From contig NC_058373.1 in NCBI RefSeq assembly GCF_018350175.1, forward strand, positions 101,372,001-101,436,000: a DNA stretch of 64,000 bases. The letters are read 5' to 3'. Origin of the DNA: Felis catus (Eukaryota). The translations under genes and the position numbers were made by a program. The notes beneath the pieces are model-generated. The model had not been told where the DNA came from. It was given only the letters and a program-made list of their open reading frames with translations, and searched no databases. Below are positions 35,690 to 47,950 of this stretch, piece by piece (the first letter of the stretch is position 1; each line of letters opens with the position of its first letter).

Positions 35690-35840
35690 GGGACACCTGG
35701 GTGTCTCAGTCAGTTAAGCGTCCAACTTGATTTTGGCTCACATCATAATCTCATGGTTCATGGTGAGATAGAGCCCCATGTCACTCTCTGCACTGACAGC
35801 ATGGAGCTTGCTTGGGATTCTCTCTCTCCCTCTCTCTCTG

Positions 35841-35876
<36 letters not shown>

Positions 35877-35900
35877 AGGTATACTTGGAAAAAAATTTTT
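35690..35900 (+). mobile_element. CanSINE (middle layer)
   Basis: GGGACACCTGGGTGTCTCAGTCAGTTAAGCGTCC...(CT)n, inserted at the AATCTT of the older SINE tail. Confidence 0.88.
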
Positions 35901-36118
35901 TGAAAATTTTTTGTTTATTTTTGAGAGAGAGAGAGAGAGAGAGAGAAAGCGTGCGAACAGGAGAGCGGTAGAAAGAGAGGGAGACACAGAATCTGAAGAA
36001 GGTTCCAAGCTCTAGGCTGTCAGCACAGAACCCGAGACGGGGCTTAAACTCATGAACCGTGAGATCATGACCTGAGCTGAAGTCAGACACTTAACGGACT
36101 GAGCCACCCAGGTGTCCC
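35901..36118 (-). mobile_element. Felid CanSINE (inner layer, antisense)
   Basis: TSD GGAAAAAAA(T/C)TTTT at 35887-35900 and 36120-36133. Confidence 0.92.
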
Positions 36119-38622
36119 AGGAAAAAAACTTTTCAATACAATCTTTTAAAAATGTCATAAAATTATATAAAGTAAGAGCTATCACAATGTATTGGGGGCT
36201 GTAATATTTACAGAAGTAATATGTATAACAATAATATTATAACATATAAAAATAACATCCATAACAAAAAGGAGAAAACAAAATATAGCTCTTTAGAAAT
36301 AGTTTCTACATTTCACTGCAATTAAGTTAGTATAAATCTGAAGTTGATTCTGATCAGCACTAGAGCAACTGTGAGGAAATGACTCAAAAAATAGTGAAAA
36401 ATCATGAAAGAATTAATGTGCTACATTAGAAAATATTTACTTAATGCAAAACAAAATAGTATAGAAGAAACAGGAAAAAAGATATAAGACATCTAGAGAA
36501 CAAAGAGTAAAATGGTAGACATAAATCCAACTGTATTAATAATAGCATTAAATCTGAACGGTATAACAACCCAAACAAAAGCCTGGATTAAAAAATACTG
36601 GATTAAAAAAAAATAGGATCTAACTATATGCTCTTTATAGGAGAGACATGTTATAGTCAAAGATACAAATAAATTGAAAGTAAAAGGATGGAAAATGACA
36701 TATCATGCAAAGAGCAACTGCAAGAAATCTGGGGTGGCTATACTAATAGGCAAAATCGACTTTAAAACAGAAGACCTTACTGGAGATAAAGAGACATATT
36801 TTATAAGAAGAGGAAGATAAATCCATCAGTAAGATAATACAATTATAAACCTATATCACCCTAAAAACAGAGGATCAAAATACATAAAGTAAACACAATG
36901 AAGGGAGAAATAAACAATTCAACAACAGTATTGGCTACTTCAGTACTCCACTTCAATAATGGATAGAACAAAAGGAGAAGGTCAACAAAGAAATAGAAGA
37001 TTTTAACAACATTATAAATCAACTATCACCAACATGCCACTGTAGAACACTCCACCCAACAGCAGAATACACACTCTACTCAAGTGCACTTAGAACATTC
37101 TCTAGGATAGACTGCGTGTTAGCCCATAAAACAAACAAATTTAAAATAATAAAAATAGTACTAATATGTTCTCTGACCATAATGGAATGACATTACAAAC
37201 CAAAAACAAAAGAAAATTTGTAATTCACAAATGTGTAAAAACCAAACAATAAACTCCAAATTATTGATAGTTCAAAGAGGAAATCAAAATGGAATTAGAA
37301 AACACTTTGAAATGAATGAAAATGGACATACAACATGCCAAAACGTGTGAGATTCATATAAAGCAGTGCTTTAAAGGGAAATTTATAGCTGTAAATACCT
37401 AAATGAAAAAACAAGAAAATCTCAAATCAATAATCTAACCTTCCACTTTAAGACATTGGAAAAAGAACGGCAAATTGTGCCCAAAGCAAGCAGAAGAAAG
37501 GGAATAATAAAGATTAGAGTGGAAATTAATGAAATCGAGAATAGAAAAACAACAGAAAATCAATCAAACTAAAATCTGTTTCTTTGAAAAGACTAACAAA
37601 ATTGACAAGACTTCAGCTAGACTGAGAAAAAAAGAGAGAAGACCAAATTACTAGAATCAGAGACAAAAGAAAGCATTACTACTGAATATGTAGAAATAGA
37701 AAAGCTTATAAAAGAACACTGAAAAGTTGTATGTTGATAAATCAGACAATTTAGATGAAATGGACAAATTCCTAGAAAGACACAAACTACTAAAACTGAC
37801 TCAAGAAGTAGGTAATTTGATTATATCCAAAGCAACTAAGGAGACTGACTTAGTTATCAAAAACCATGCACAGAGAAAAGCTCAGGCCCAGATAGCTTCA
37901 CTGGTTAATTCTTATAAGACATTTAAAGAATTAATATCAATTCTCCAAAAACTATTCCAAAAAATACAGTAGGAGACAATACTTTCCAACTCACTCTGTG
38001 AAGCCAGTATTACCCTGAAACCAAAATGAGACATACATATCATAGAAAACTACAAACCAATATCTCTTATGAATATGGACATAAAAATCCTCAACAAAGT
38101 ACTAACAAAGCCAATCCAGCACCACATACAAAGAATTATAAATCACGACCAATTGGGATTTTTCCCAGGTGCAAGTTTGCTTTAATATCTGAAAATCAAT
38201 TAATATAATATACCATATAATACACCATATTGATAGAATACAAAACAAAACTACATGATCATCTCAGAAGATGAAGTAAAATCATTTCACAAAATCCAAA
38301 ACCCTTTCATGATAAAAACACTCAACAAAGCAGAAATAGAAAGAAACTTTCTCAGCTTGATAAAGGGAATGTACAAAAATCCACACATCATATCTAATGA
38401 TAAAAGACTGGAGATGCTTTCTCTCTAAGTTCATGAACAAGTCCAGGATGTCCACTCTCACCACTTCCATTCAACATTATACTGGAGGTTTGAATCAGAG
38501 TAATTAAGTAAGAAAAAGAAATAAAAATCACATAGAAAAGGAAGAGATGACAGATGACATGAACTCATATACAGAAAATCCTAAGGAATCCACTAAAAAA
38601 CTATTAGAATAATAAATGCCTT

Positions 38623-40462
38623 TATCTACACATCCAATACAATCCCAATCAAAATTGCACCAGCATTCTTCTCAAAGCTAGAACAAGCAATCCTAAAATT
38701 CAATATGGAACCACAAAAGGCCCCGAATAGCCAAAGGAATTTTGAAGAAGAAGACCAAAGCAGGAGGCATCACAATCCCAGACTTTAGCCTCTACTACAA
38801 AGCTGTAATCATCAAGACAGCATGGTATTGGCACAAAAACAGACACATAGACCAATGGAATAGAATAGAAACCCCAGAACTAGACCCACAAACGTATGGC
38901 CAACTCATCTTTGACAAAGCAGGAAAGAATATCCAATGGAAAAAAGACAGTCTCTTTAACAAATGGTGCTGGGAGAACTGGACAGCAACATGCAAAAGAA
39001 TGAAACTAGACCACTTTCTTACACCATTCACAAAAATAAACTCAAAATGGATAAAGGACCTGAATGTGAGACAGGAAACCATCAAAACACTAGAGGAGAA
39101 AGCAGGAAAAGACCTCTCTGACCTCAGCCACAGCAATTTCTTACTTGACACATCCCCAAAGGCAAGGGAATTAAAAGCAAAAATGAACTATTGGGACCTC
39201 ATGAAGATAAAAAGCTTCTGCATAGCAAAGGAAACAATCAACAAAACTAAAAGGCAACCAACGGAATGGGAAAAGATATTCGCAAATGACATATCGGACA
39301 AAGGGCTAGTATCCAAAATCTATAAAGAGCTCACCAAACTCCACACCCAAAAAACAAATAATCCAGTGAAGAAATGGGCAGAAAACGTGAATAGACACTT
39401 CTCTAAAGAAGACATCCAGATGGCCAACAGGTACATGAAAAGATGCTCAACATCACGCCTCATCAGGGAAATACAAATCAAAACCACACTCAGATATCAC
39501 CTCACGCCAGTCAGAGTGGCTAAAATGAACAAATCAGGAGACCATAGATGCTGGCGAGGATGTGGAGAAATGGGAACCCTCTTGAACTGTTGGTGGGAAT
39601 GAAAACTGGTGCAGCTGCTCTGGAAAACAGTGTGGAGGTTCCTCCAAAAATTAAAAATAGACCTACCCTATGACCCAGCAGTAGCACTGCTAGGAATCTA
39701 CCCAAGGGATACAGGAGTACTGATGCATAGGGCCACTTGTACCCCAATGTTTATAGCAGCACTCTCAACAATAGCCAAATTATGGAAAGAGCCTGAATGT
39801 CCATCAACTGATGAATGGATAAAGAAATTGTGGTTTAGGGGCGCCCGGGTGGCTCAGTCGGTTAAGCGGCTGACTTCGGCTCAGGTCATGATCTCGCGGT
39901 CCGTGAGTTCAAGCCCCGCGTCAGGCTCTGTGCTGACAGCTCAGAGCCTGGAGCCTGTTTCAGATTCTGTGTCTCCCTCTCTCTGACCCTCCCCCGTTCA
40001 TGCTCTGTCTCTCTCTGTCTCAAAAATAAATAAACGTTAAAAAAAAATTAAAAAAAAAGAAATTGTGGTTTATATACACAATGGAGTACTACGTGGCAAA
40101 GAGAAAGAATGAAATATGGCCCTTTGTAGCAACGTGGATGGAACTGGAGAGTGTGATGCTAAGTGAAATAAGCCATACAGAGAAAGACAGATACCATATG
40201 TGTTCACTCTTATGTGGATCCTGAGAAACTTAACAGAAACCCATGGGGGAGGGGAAGGAAAAAAAAAAAAGAGGTTAGAGTGGGAGAGAGCCAAAGCATA
40301 AGAGACTCTTAAAAACTGAGAACAAACTGAGGGTTGATGGGGGGTGGGAGGGAGGGGAGGGGAGGTGATGGGCATTGAAGAGGGCATCTTTTGCGATGAG
40401 CACTGGGTGTTGTATGGAAACCAATTTGACAATAAATGTCATATATTAAAAAAACATAATAA
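38623..40462 (+). mobile_element. Young 5'-truncated felid L1 (L1_Fc-like)
   Basis: 286-aa open ORF2 C-terminal stretch at 38742-39602. Felid 3' UTR with a G-rich tract and CACTGGGTGTTGTATGGAAACCAATTTGACAATAAA. TSD AATAAATG(C/T)CTT at 38611-38622 and 40463-40474. Confidence 0.95.
39838..40055 (+). mobile_element. Felid CanSINE nested in the L1_Fc
   Basis: Perfect 17-bp TSD AAAGAAATTGTGGTTTA at 39821-39837 and 40056-40072. Confidence 0.97.
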
Positions 40463-41442
40463 AATAAATGTCTTCAGCCAGGTCATAAGACACAAGATGA
40501 ATATAACAAATCAATTGTATTTCTATATACTAGTAATGAACAATTTAAAAATAAAACTAAGAAAACAATTTCATTATAATAGCATCAAAAAGAATAAAAT
40601 ATTTAGCAATAAATTTAACAAAAGTACAAAACTTAACACACTGAAAATTACAAATGATTGTTAAAATAAGAAACTGTTGTTAAAGAAGATACAAATAAAT
40701 GGAAATATCCCAGTTCATGGATCACAAGACTTACTATTGTTATGATGCCAATAGTCCTCAAATTAATCTATACATTCAACACAATCAGGTTCCTAACTGG
40801 CTTCTGCACAGAAACTGGTAAACTATTCTTAAAATTGCAAGGGACCCAGAATAACCAAAATAATCTTAAAAAGACGAACACAGTTGGAGGACTCACACAA
40901 ATGCTTACAGCAGCATTATTTACAATATCCCCAACATGGAGACAACCCAAATGTCCATTAACTAATGAATGGATAAACAAAATGTGGTATATCCATATAA
41001 TGGAATATGATTCCACCATAAAAAGGAATGTAGTACTGATACATGTTACAGCATAGCTGAACCTTGAAAACATTAAGTGAAAGAAGTCAGTCACAAAAGA
41101 CCACATATTATATGACTCCATTTAAAAAAAATGTTAATAGGCAAAAGACAGAAAATAGCATAGTGGTTGCTTAGGGCTGGAGGCCTACATAGGGGTTTGA
41201 CAGCTTAAGGGTAACGGGTTGCTTTTGTTTTTGTTTTTGTTTTGAGATAATGATAACATTTTTAAATTGGTTGTGGTGATGGTTGAGTGTATTATAAACC
41301 ATTAAATTGTGTGTCTTAAATTAATTATATGGGTTTTTAATGATATCTCAATAAAGCTGTTATATAAATAATTAATATGTATGTTACTTTAGGAAAAGAA
41401 AAAAAGATTTAAAAACACTTTTATTTTACCTTCTGTCTTTTT

Positions 41443-41654
41443 ATTTTTTAAAATTTTTAATGTTTATTTTTGAGAGAGGAAGACAGAGTACAACCAGGGG
41501 AGGGGCAGAGAGAGACAGACACAGAATTCAAAGCAGGCTCCAGGCTCTGAGCTGTCAGCACAGAGCCAAACATGGGGCTCGAACTCACGAACCCATGAGA
41601 TCATGACCAGAGCTGAAGTCGGATGCTTGACCAACTGAGCCACCTAGGCGCCCC
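41443..41654 (-). mobile_element. Felid CanSINE
   Basis: TSD TACCTT(C/T)TGT(C/T)TTTTT. Confidence 0.94.
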
Positions 41655-42929
41655 TACCTTTTGTTTTTTTCAAACAGGCTATCTTCTGGAGCCTTATGAA
41701 AACTCTGAAGTCAGAAATTAAAATAAAGCAAAACAAACAAATTTAAACATGGTTGTATCTTTCCATTCTAAATACATTTTTCTGAATCTGCTGTTCTATC
41801 TTGATCATAACAAGGATCCTCCTCAAGAAGGCCTCTCCAGAAGACACTGGGTCACATGTCTTCATAATGCTTATTGCTACCCTAAGATTATCTTATTTAT
41901 TAATATGTTTATTGTCTGTTTCCCTACATGAAAAAAAAAAAATTCCATGTTCACTATTGATTTTAGCTCCAGAAATCTGGAACTGGGTAACTCAAGTGTG
42001 GTTCATAAATGGTATCAGTCTGTGTGTGATGCTACCAGTCCTCAATGAGCAAAGTAGAGAAACTAGCAATTTTGTCTGCTGAATCTAATAATGACCAAAA
42101 AAAAAAAAAAAAAGATATTTTGTATATCTTTGGGTTTTTTTCTAGAAATTCATTTTTATAGGATTTTTTTTTTCCAAGCATCAGGCTGTGATAGATTTCA
42201 AATTCTTAAAATAGAACTGGTCCTTAGCCACAGATGGTTTGAGAGGCACTGATTTGGGTGAGCATTAAAATATTTTGCTCCCCTTTCCTACTGAAGTGTG
42301 AATGCTCAGAAGTGTCTACGAAGGCAGGGATTATGTTTTCTGGTCCTTTTCATGGGGGTAAGGAAGGGCACTTGTCCTCAGAAAGAGAATGTGAGAAGTG
42401 GTGTGTGTCACCCTTGAAATGGTTAATGGTTAAAGTCAATGGGTAATGATTAATAAGGCTGCATTGTCCCCACCATCTCTTTCCCCACTGCCATCTAAAT
42501 GCAGAGGACTCTGCAGACTAGAAGAGAGAGAGCCCTAAGACAGAAGGACCACATTTAGAAAGCACTGCACTAGGGAATATTTCCCAACTATTGAAAAAAT
42601 GTAAAATTACGTTTCAAACCACATAAACAGTACATATCAAATCCAATCAACCTAATCTCCTACTTTGGATTCACTTCTAAAATTTTTATTATCTGAGAAA
42701 GTATAACTGCTAGTTAAATTATATATATTTAAAGTAGAAATACAAGTATATGTACATTTATACACTGACCCATTCATCTATCTATCCACTTACCCACCTA
42801 TCATCTATCCATCTACACAAAGTTACAGTACTCTGAAGCCCTCTTCATGTCTCCAAGGATTAATGTAAGTCAGAGAGCAATCAGCTGCATTACTTGAATA
42901 ATACATACATACCTACAACACACAAACAT

Positions 42930-43135
42930 AGGCACAGTACTTCAGAAGGTACAAAGTCCTTTTTAAATATACTTTTCACATTTGTTATTTAATCCTCATT
43001 ATAATCACATGGGATAGACAAAATTTCTATTACTCTTGTGTTCCAAATCAAAAACCTGAAGCTATCCAGGCAAAATGGAATTAAGAGATAACACAGGTAA
43101 TTATTGACAAGTTCAGGCCTCAATACCTGATATTT
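42930..43135 (-). mobile_element. MIR
   Basis: TTTTCACATTTGTTATTTAATCCTCATTATAATCACATGGGATAG...ACACAGGTAA. Confidence 0.5.
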
Positions 43136-43892
43136 TAAAAAAGAAAAAACTTGGGGACCTGAATTGTTCACTTAGTTCACCTTCACCTTCACCTTTATTC
43201 TTTGAACAATTTCTTCACTTTGTTAATGCTAACACAGTCATGGTACTGTGGCAAATAAGAGAAACAAAGGACCAGATTTACATCATTGTTAGGTATAATT
43301 GTTACGTGCAAAGTGTGATGATTCACATTTACCCAAAATCTCTGCTTGCAGAAATAACTCTCAAGTAAAGAGAAATTAATTTTTAAGGGCCTATGATTCC
43401 CCTAAAATAAGCCATTTTGTGCTGCACCATTTCAATCCTTTGAAGTATTTTTTTTTTCCCTTTAAGTGTCTTTTGTTTTTCAGCCTATAAATTAAAGATC
43501 TGCCCAAGTCTTGAAGCCAGGTTTCCAGAGTAAGCAAGGCCCACTCAGTAGCTCCCAGGCCACCTGCACCACATACTTGCCAGCTTTGAGCCTCAAATTT
43601 TCAGAAAGTTATGCAACCTCTGGTTAAATTTTTTCTTAAAATACATGTTTTATGACAACAGGCCCAAACCTCTGCTGCCCCCTTCCATCCCTGAAATTCC
43701 AAAGACCCGGGAGGATCCATTCATTGAGATAAGCCTCTGTACACAGAGATGGTCCTGGGAAACTGATCTGAACTCAGATACACCAAAGTCTCCACTACCC
43801 TCAAATCAGATATACTAGAGATTTTTCCAGAGCCTATCCTCCACATCACACTTTTTCAATTAAGGATTAAGAAGGGAAAGAAGTAGCATTTA

Positions 43893-44690
43893 ACTTCATT
43901 CTTTACTCATTCACAATCCAACATATACAAGGCATGTTAAAGAATACGGATGTGGTTTATGCCTTTCAGAAATTCTAATCAGAAGGCTAGTAAACTAGGC
44001 ACCCAAATAACTATAGTACAATACAATGCATGTTAAGCACCTTGAAATTAGCTCTAATCAAATGCTTGAGGACAGGCAGGCAAAGAAAGTTTCTGACTAA
44101 AGTGGCCAGAAAAGGCTTTATGAAAGAAAGAGGGGACTTCTGAGTAGGTTTTGGAGGAAAAACAAGCAAGATTTCATTAATAATGACAGATGAGGGAAAG
44201 TGACAGTCCAAGTCAAGGGAATGATATGAGCCAGAGGTAAGAAAGGGCAAGATGAGGTTAAGAAATGAGGTGGGGGGAGGTGTGTGTGGAGGTGTCATTT
44301 GGCTGGAACATGGGCATTAGCATAAGACAGGAAGCATGATTTGGAACCAAACTGTAAAAGGCCTTGAACACCAGAATAAATTGCCATGATTTTATTCAGT
44401 AGTCAGTGAGAGAGCCACTACAAAAGTTTAAAGTAAGAAGTAAAAGCAATAATCCAAGAAGCTTGCTCTGTTGGTGGTACAGAATGGCCTTTAATTTTGA
44501 AAGGTTAAAGGTCTGGGGATGAGTAAGGAGCCTTTTACGGTAGACCAAAATGAAGCAATCACACTTAAAGAGAGGAAGTAGCCAAGAAAATGGAAGAGAA
44601 GAGAAGGAATTAATAAACAGAATTCGGTAGGGAAGGGGGGAAAAATGAAAAGATAACTCCCAGGTCTTGAGTCAGTGCCTGGAAAAAATT
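43893..44690 (-). mobile_element. L2 fragment
   Basis: CATTC-type tail at the left; GGCCAGAAAAGGCTTTATGAAAGAA, GTAAAAGGCCTTGAACACCAG and GATAACTCCCAGGTCTTGAG. Confidence 0.65.
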
Positions 44691-46221
44691 TATGTTACGG
44701 ATGAAATTATTTGGACTCAAATTTATACAAAGATCTAGAGATTTTAAAAATGTATTTCAAGCTGTGATTTTATCCATATTTAAAAAATAATAAATAAAGA
44801 CCATCATTTCCCAGGATCACCCTGGACAGCTGGTTGCTCTCACTACATTCCTTCATAAGGTTTCTTTTTCCATGGTATTAGCCTCTTTTGGAATACAGAC
44901 TAAAGCATTAGAAAGGGGGGGTAAAGCGTGCTTATTATGATCAATCTAAGGCCAGCCTTGTTACCTCTGCTACTTGAGTAGTGTCTAAAAGTGCACACGG
45001 ACCACCTCAACCTACTCTCTGGTCTAGATAAGCAGACATACCCTTTGATGGGGATGGCAGAGAGAAACTCCTCTGAGAATATTAGAGACCTTTGGATCTG
45101 TTCTGATGCCATCCACTATGAGAGTACTGGGGTGACTCTTTAATCTATCCTAATCAGAGTAACAGAGGGACTTCCAGACATAGCACGTCCTCCAGTTCAG
45201 GGAACAGATGGAAAATATGCCAAATTCCTCAATATTGGGGCATTGATGGCCACATTCTGCATGAAGAAGCGCATCTATGGGAAAGTCACTGGGACAGGAC
45301 TCTTTACCTGTGGTGGGCAGGGGCCAAAAGAAACAAAACTGGTATCATTTTCAGGGTTGGGAAATCTAACCTGACCACACAAATAATTAACCTGAAAGGC
45401 CACTTCATGCTCCCCCAGTGGACCCAGATGTTGCACTTCACTTTAGGTAAACGTTATTTTTAGAGACATAAGAATTCAGCATCCAAAATTTATCACCCAT
45501 CTGAGTGGGAGACACAGAACACAGAACAGATTTATATGTTTAGGGGGTAGGAATGGGGTTTAAGCTCAATAAAATCTTAACTGTGCTTTACTTTTTAATT
45601 TAACTTTCAAACATTTCTTTCCTGTTTTGTGACTGAGAATCTCGTACATGTCACCCTTTCGGTGAAGTATCACAGGAAAGACATTTTTGTGGTGTTTAAT
45701 GGAAATAATTTTTCTTGCGGTATTGCTCTGATACCCTGGGAAACTGGCTTTCAGAGATAAATTAGGCTAAGAGCCGTCTAGTGCTAATTTATTAAGCAGT
45801 CAATGGTTTTAAAACAACTTTTCCTGTTTCAGCTCACTGGAGATCTGTTACTGGCTCTTGAGAAGACAGCTGAAGACTGATAAATTTCATAGATTCTCTG
45901 AAACAAAGTGATAGGCTGGTGTAGGGGAGTTTCAAAGGTGGGCAGGGATGGTTCACGGTGTGGGTAAGTCTATGCGTGTGTATTTTAAATTTCAACATTC
46001 ACACTGTAGCATTTCATACTGGATCTCCTGAAATGGTGTTGAACTCTAAAGAAACTTAAAAATTCTCTCAAGAACACATTTCTATAATAAATACCTCCTA
46101 AAGTTTCTCCTCCTGTTAGAGTGTACTGCGGGTAGAAGAAGCTATGCCTGTAAAGAAAAATATTGACGATCTCCTTTGGATCTCCTAAAGGCTTCAATGC
46201 ACTTTCTACAAATGCCTCAGG

Positions 46222-46405
46222 ACAGTTGTTCTTGGCCTAAGTTGCATGCTGATATCAGAGGAGCTTTACAAAGTATAGGTGCCTGGGTCCTACCTGGAGG
46301 TTGGGATGACATTGGGATGATGTTGGTCTGGGGTGTGGCCTAGGTATTGAGAGTTTTAAACCTTCCCAGGCATTTCTAATGTATAATCAGGGTTGAGAAC
46401 CACTG
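46222..46405. mobile_element. MER5B-like MITE
   Basis: GGTCTGGGGTGTGGCCTAGGTATT...TTCTAATGTATAATCAGGGTTGAGAACCACTG. Confidence 0.75.
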
Positions 46406-46827
46406 CCCTATAGAAGGTGTTGTAAGAGGCTACTCCATACCTGGTGAGAGCCAAGTGGCTCAGCTGCTAGTATGTATCCCTTTTCTTGCCTGGAAATGTA
46501 GACCACGGTCACTGACCATCAATGAAGAAGCATTATGAATAAAACAATGACCAACAAAAATACCAACATTTTGGAAACTGCTCAACTCCAAATGCTACTG
46601 TGTGAAGAAGACTGGATGACTGAGCCCATGGAGGAAAACAGAGCTAGAGAAAACATTAAAAAGAGAAAGAAGGACTTGCTCTATGGATCAAATTGGATGT
46701 TCAAAAACAATGTGCTATTAACCCTCTCTTCAAAGCTAGAGGAGTGTCAGGGCAGAAAGCACTACTAGTTTTTATGATAACTACTAATTTCCACTTTGAA
46801 GAGACTCCTACATTTAAAGATGCCTAC

Positions 46828-47000
46828 AAATCACCTGCAGAGTCCATTAAAAATGCAGCTTCCCAGTCCCCACCCCCCAAAATCAGGACTCTGTTGGACT
46901 GGAATAGGACCCAGGAAGTTTTAACAGTTTAACTGAAGTTTTAACAGTTCCCCAGGAGATTCTGACTGAGGTGAGCTGTGCCCCATCTTTGAGAAACATG
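46828..47000. mobile_element. MER5A-like MITE
   Basis: AATCACCTG...AAAAATGCAGCTTCCCAGTCCCCACCCC...CCCCAGGAGATTCTGA...CTTTGAGAAACA. Confidence 0.65.
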
Positions 47001-47125
47001 GACCCATCCCACTTCTAGACAACCTCCTGAATGTTTCTTTGCCATAAACTCAATTGCTCCTCTTCAGTTAAATAGATTATCAGGTCAAGAAAAAGGAGGA
47101 TATGCCTCTTTAGTAAAACAGTCTG

Positions 47126-47339
47126 GGGGCGCCTGGGTGGCGCAGTCGGTTAAGCGTCCGACTTCAGCCAGGTCACGATCTCGTGGTCCGTGAGTTCGAG
47201 CCCCGCGTCGGGCTCTGGGCTGATGGCTCAGAGCCTGGAGCCTGTTTCCGATTCTGTGTCTCCCTCTCTCTCTGCCCCTCGCCCGTTCATGCTCTGTCTC
47301 TCTCTGTCCCCAAAATAAATAAACGTTGAAAAAAAAAAA
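47126..47339 (+). mobile_element. Young felid CanSINE (SINEC_Fc)
   Basis: Near-consensus, CpG-rich, with a pure A tail. TSD AAAACAGTCTG at 47115-47125 and 47340-47350. Confidence 0.97.
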
Positions 47340-47843
47340 AAAACAGTCTGCAAAGTATTTTTTGAAGGACATTTGATTGAACTTTTCAATTGAAAAATCC
47401 TCAGTCATTTTTGGACCCCCAAGTGTCTCATCATTTCTTCAGTTTACCTATAGGAAGGAATGAAGATGAAGGACCACAGACACAACCATATCCTCAAACT
47501 GTGGGCCAAATCGTTCTTGGGAACAATGGGGATCTTTCAAAATCAAAACCCTCTCATATCTTGAAGGATCACAAACACTAATGAGGATAATACAACAACC
47601 ATTAACGAGCAAATAACCATTACAAGCAAATAAACTTTATTCAAAAAGTTTGAGGATGTCTAGAAATAACTCCCTTTTTATGATTAATATAAAAAGCAGC
47701 CCATAATTATGCTTATTTTTAATTTTCAATATGGCAGTTTTACCAGCCTAAAGTCAAAGACAATGGGAAGAGACAAAATGTTACTTCCAGTCTGGGATTT
47801 AAATGTAGTAATTGGAACTTGCTCCATCTCTCCTTCCAATTCA

Positions 47844-47889
<46 letters not shown>

Positions 47890-47950
47890 AAGAGAGAGAC
47901 AGAGACAGAGGGCAAAGAGAGAGACCTGAGTGACAGACAGAGAGAGAAAC
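47844..47950 (+). repeat. Compound (GT)n(GA)n microsatellite
   Basis: Read directly. Confidence 0.92.

Larger units (their letters stand above)
35590..36150 (+). mobile_element. Short old CanSINE (SINEC_old-like); outer layer of a triple nest
   Basis: GGCACCTGGCTGGCTCAGT...TCTTGATCTCAGGATTGTGAGTTCAAGCCCCAC...TAGAGATTAC. Outer TSD GTCATAAAATT at ~35579 and ~36154. Confidence 0.8.
30826..41365 (+). mobile_element. Near full-length ancient L1MB-class element (5' UTR, ORF1, ORF2, 3' UTR) hosting multiple insertions
   Basis: ORF1 remnant QMLDLMNNDFNVNIINMLKELK. ORF1 resumes (ILKKVLQAE) after the insert at ~35170. ORF2 remnant DNLDEMDKFLERHKLLKLTQE. ORF2 resumes at 40475 after the second insert. 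L1MB4/5-like end ATATCTCAATAAAGCTGTT. Confidence 0.8.

Noticed and set aside
38742..39986. 286-aa and 125-aa ORFs as a gene or an L1-SINE fusion protein
   Set aside because: This is the C-terminus of L1 ORF2 from a 5'-truncated copy with no promoter, endonuclease or RT core. The in-frame run into the SINE is incidental.
40339..40364. G-quadruplex-forming tract
   Set aside because: A real motif, but a standard feature of L1 3' UTRs.
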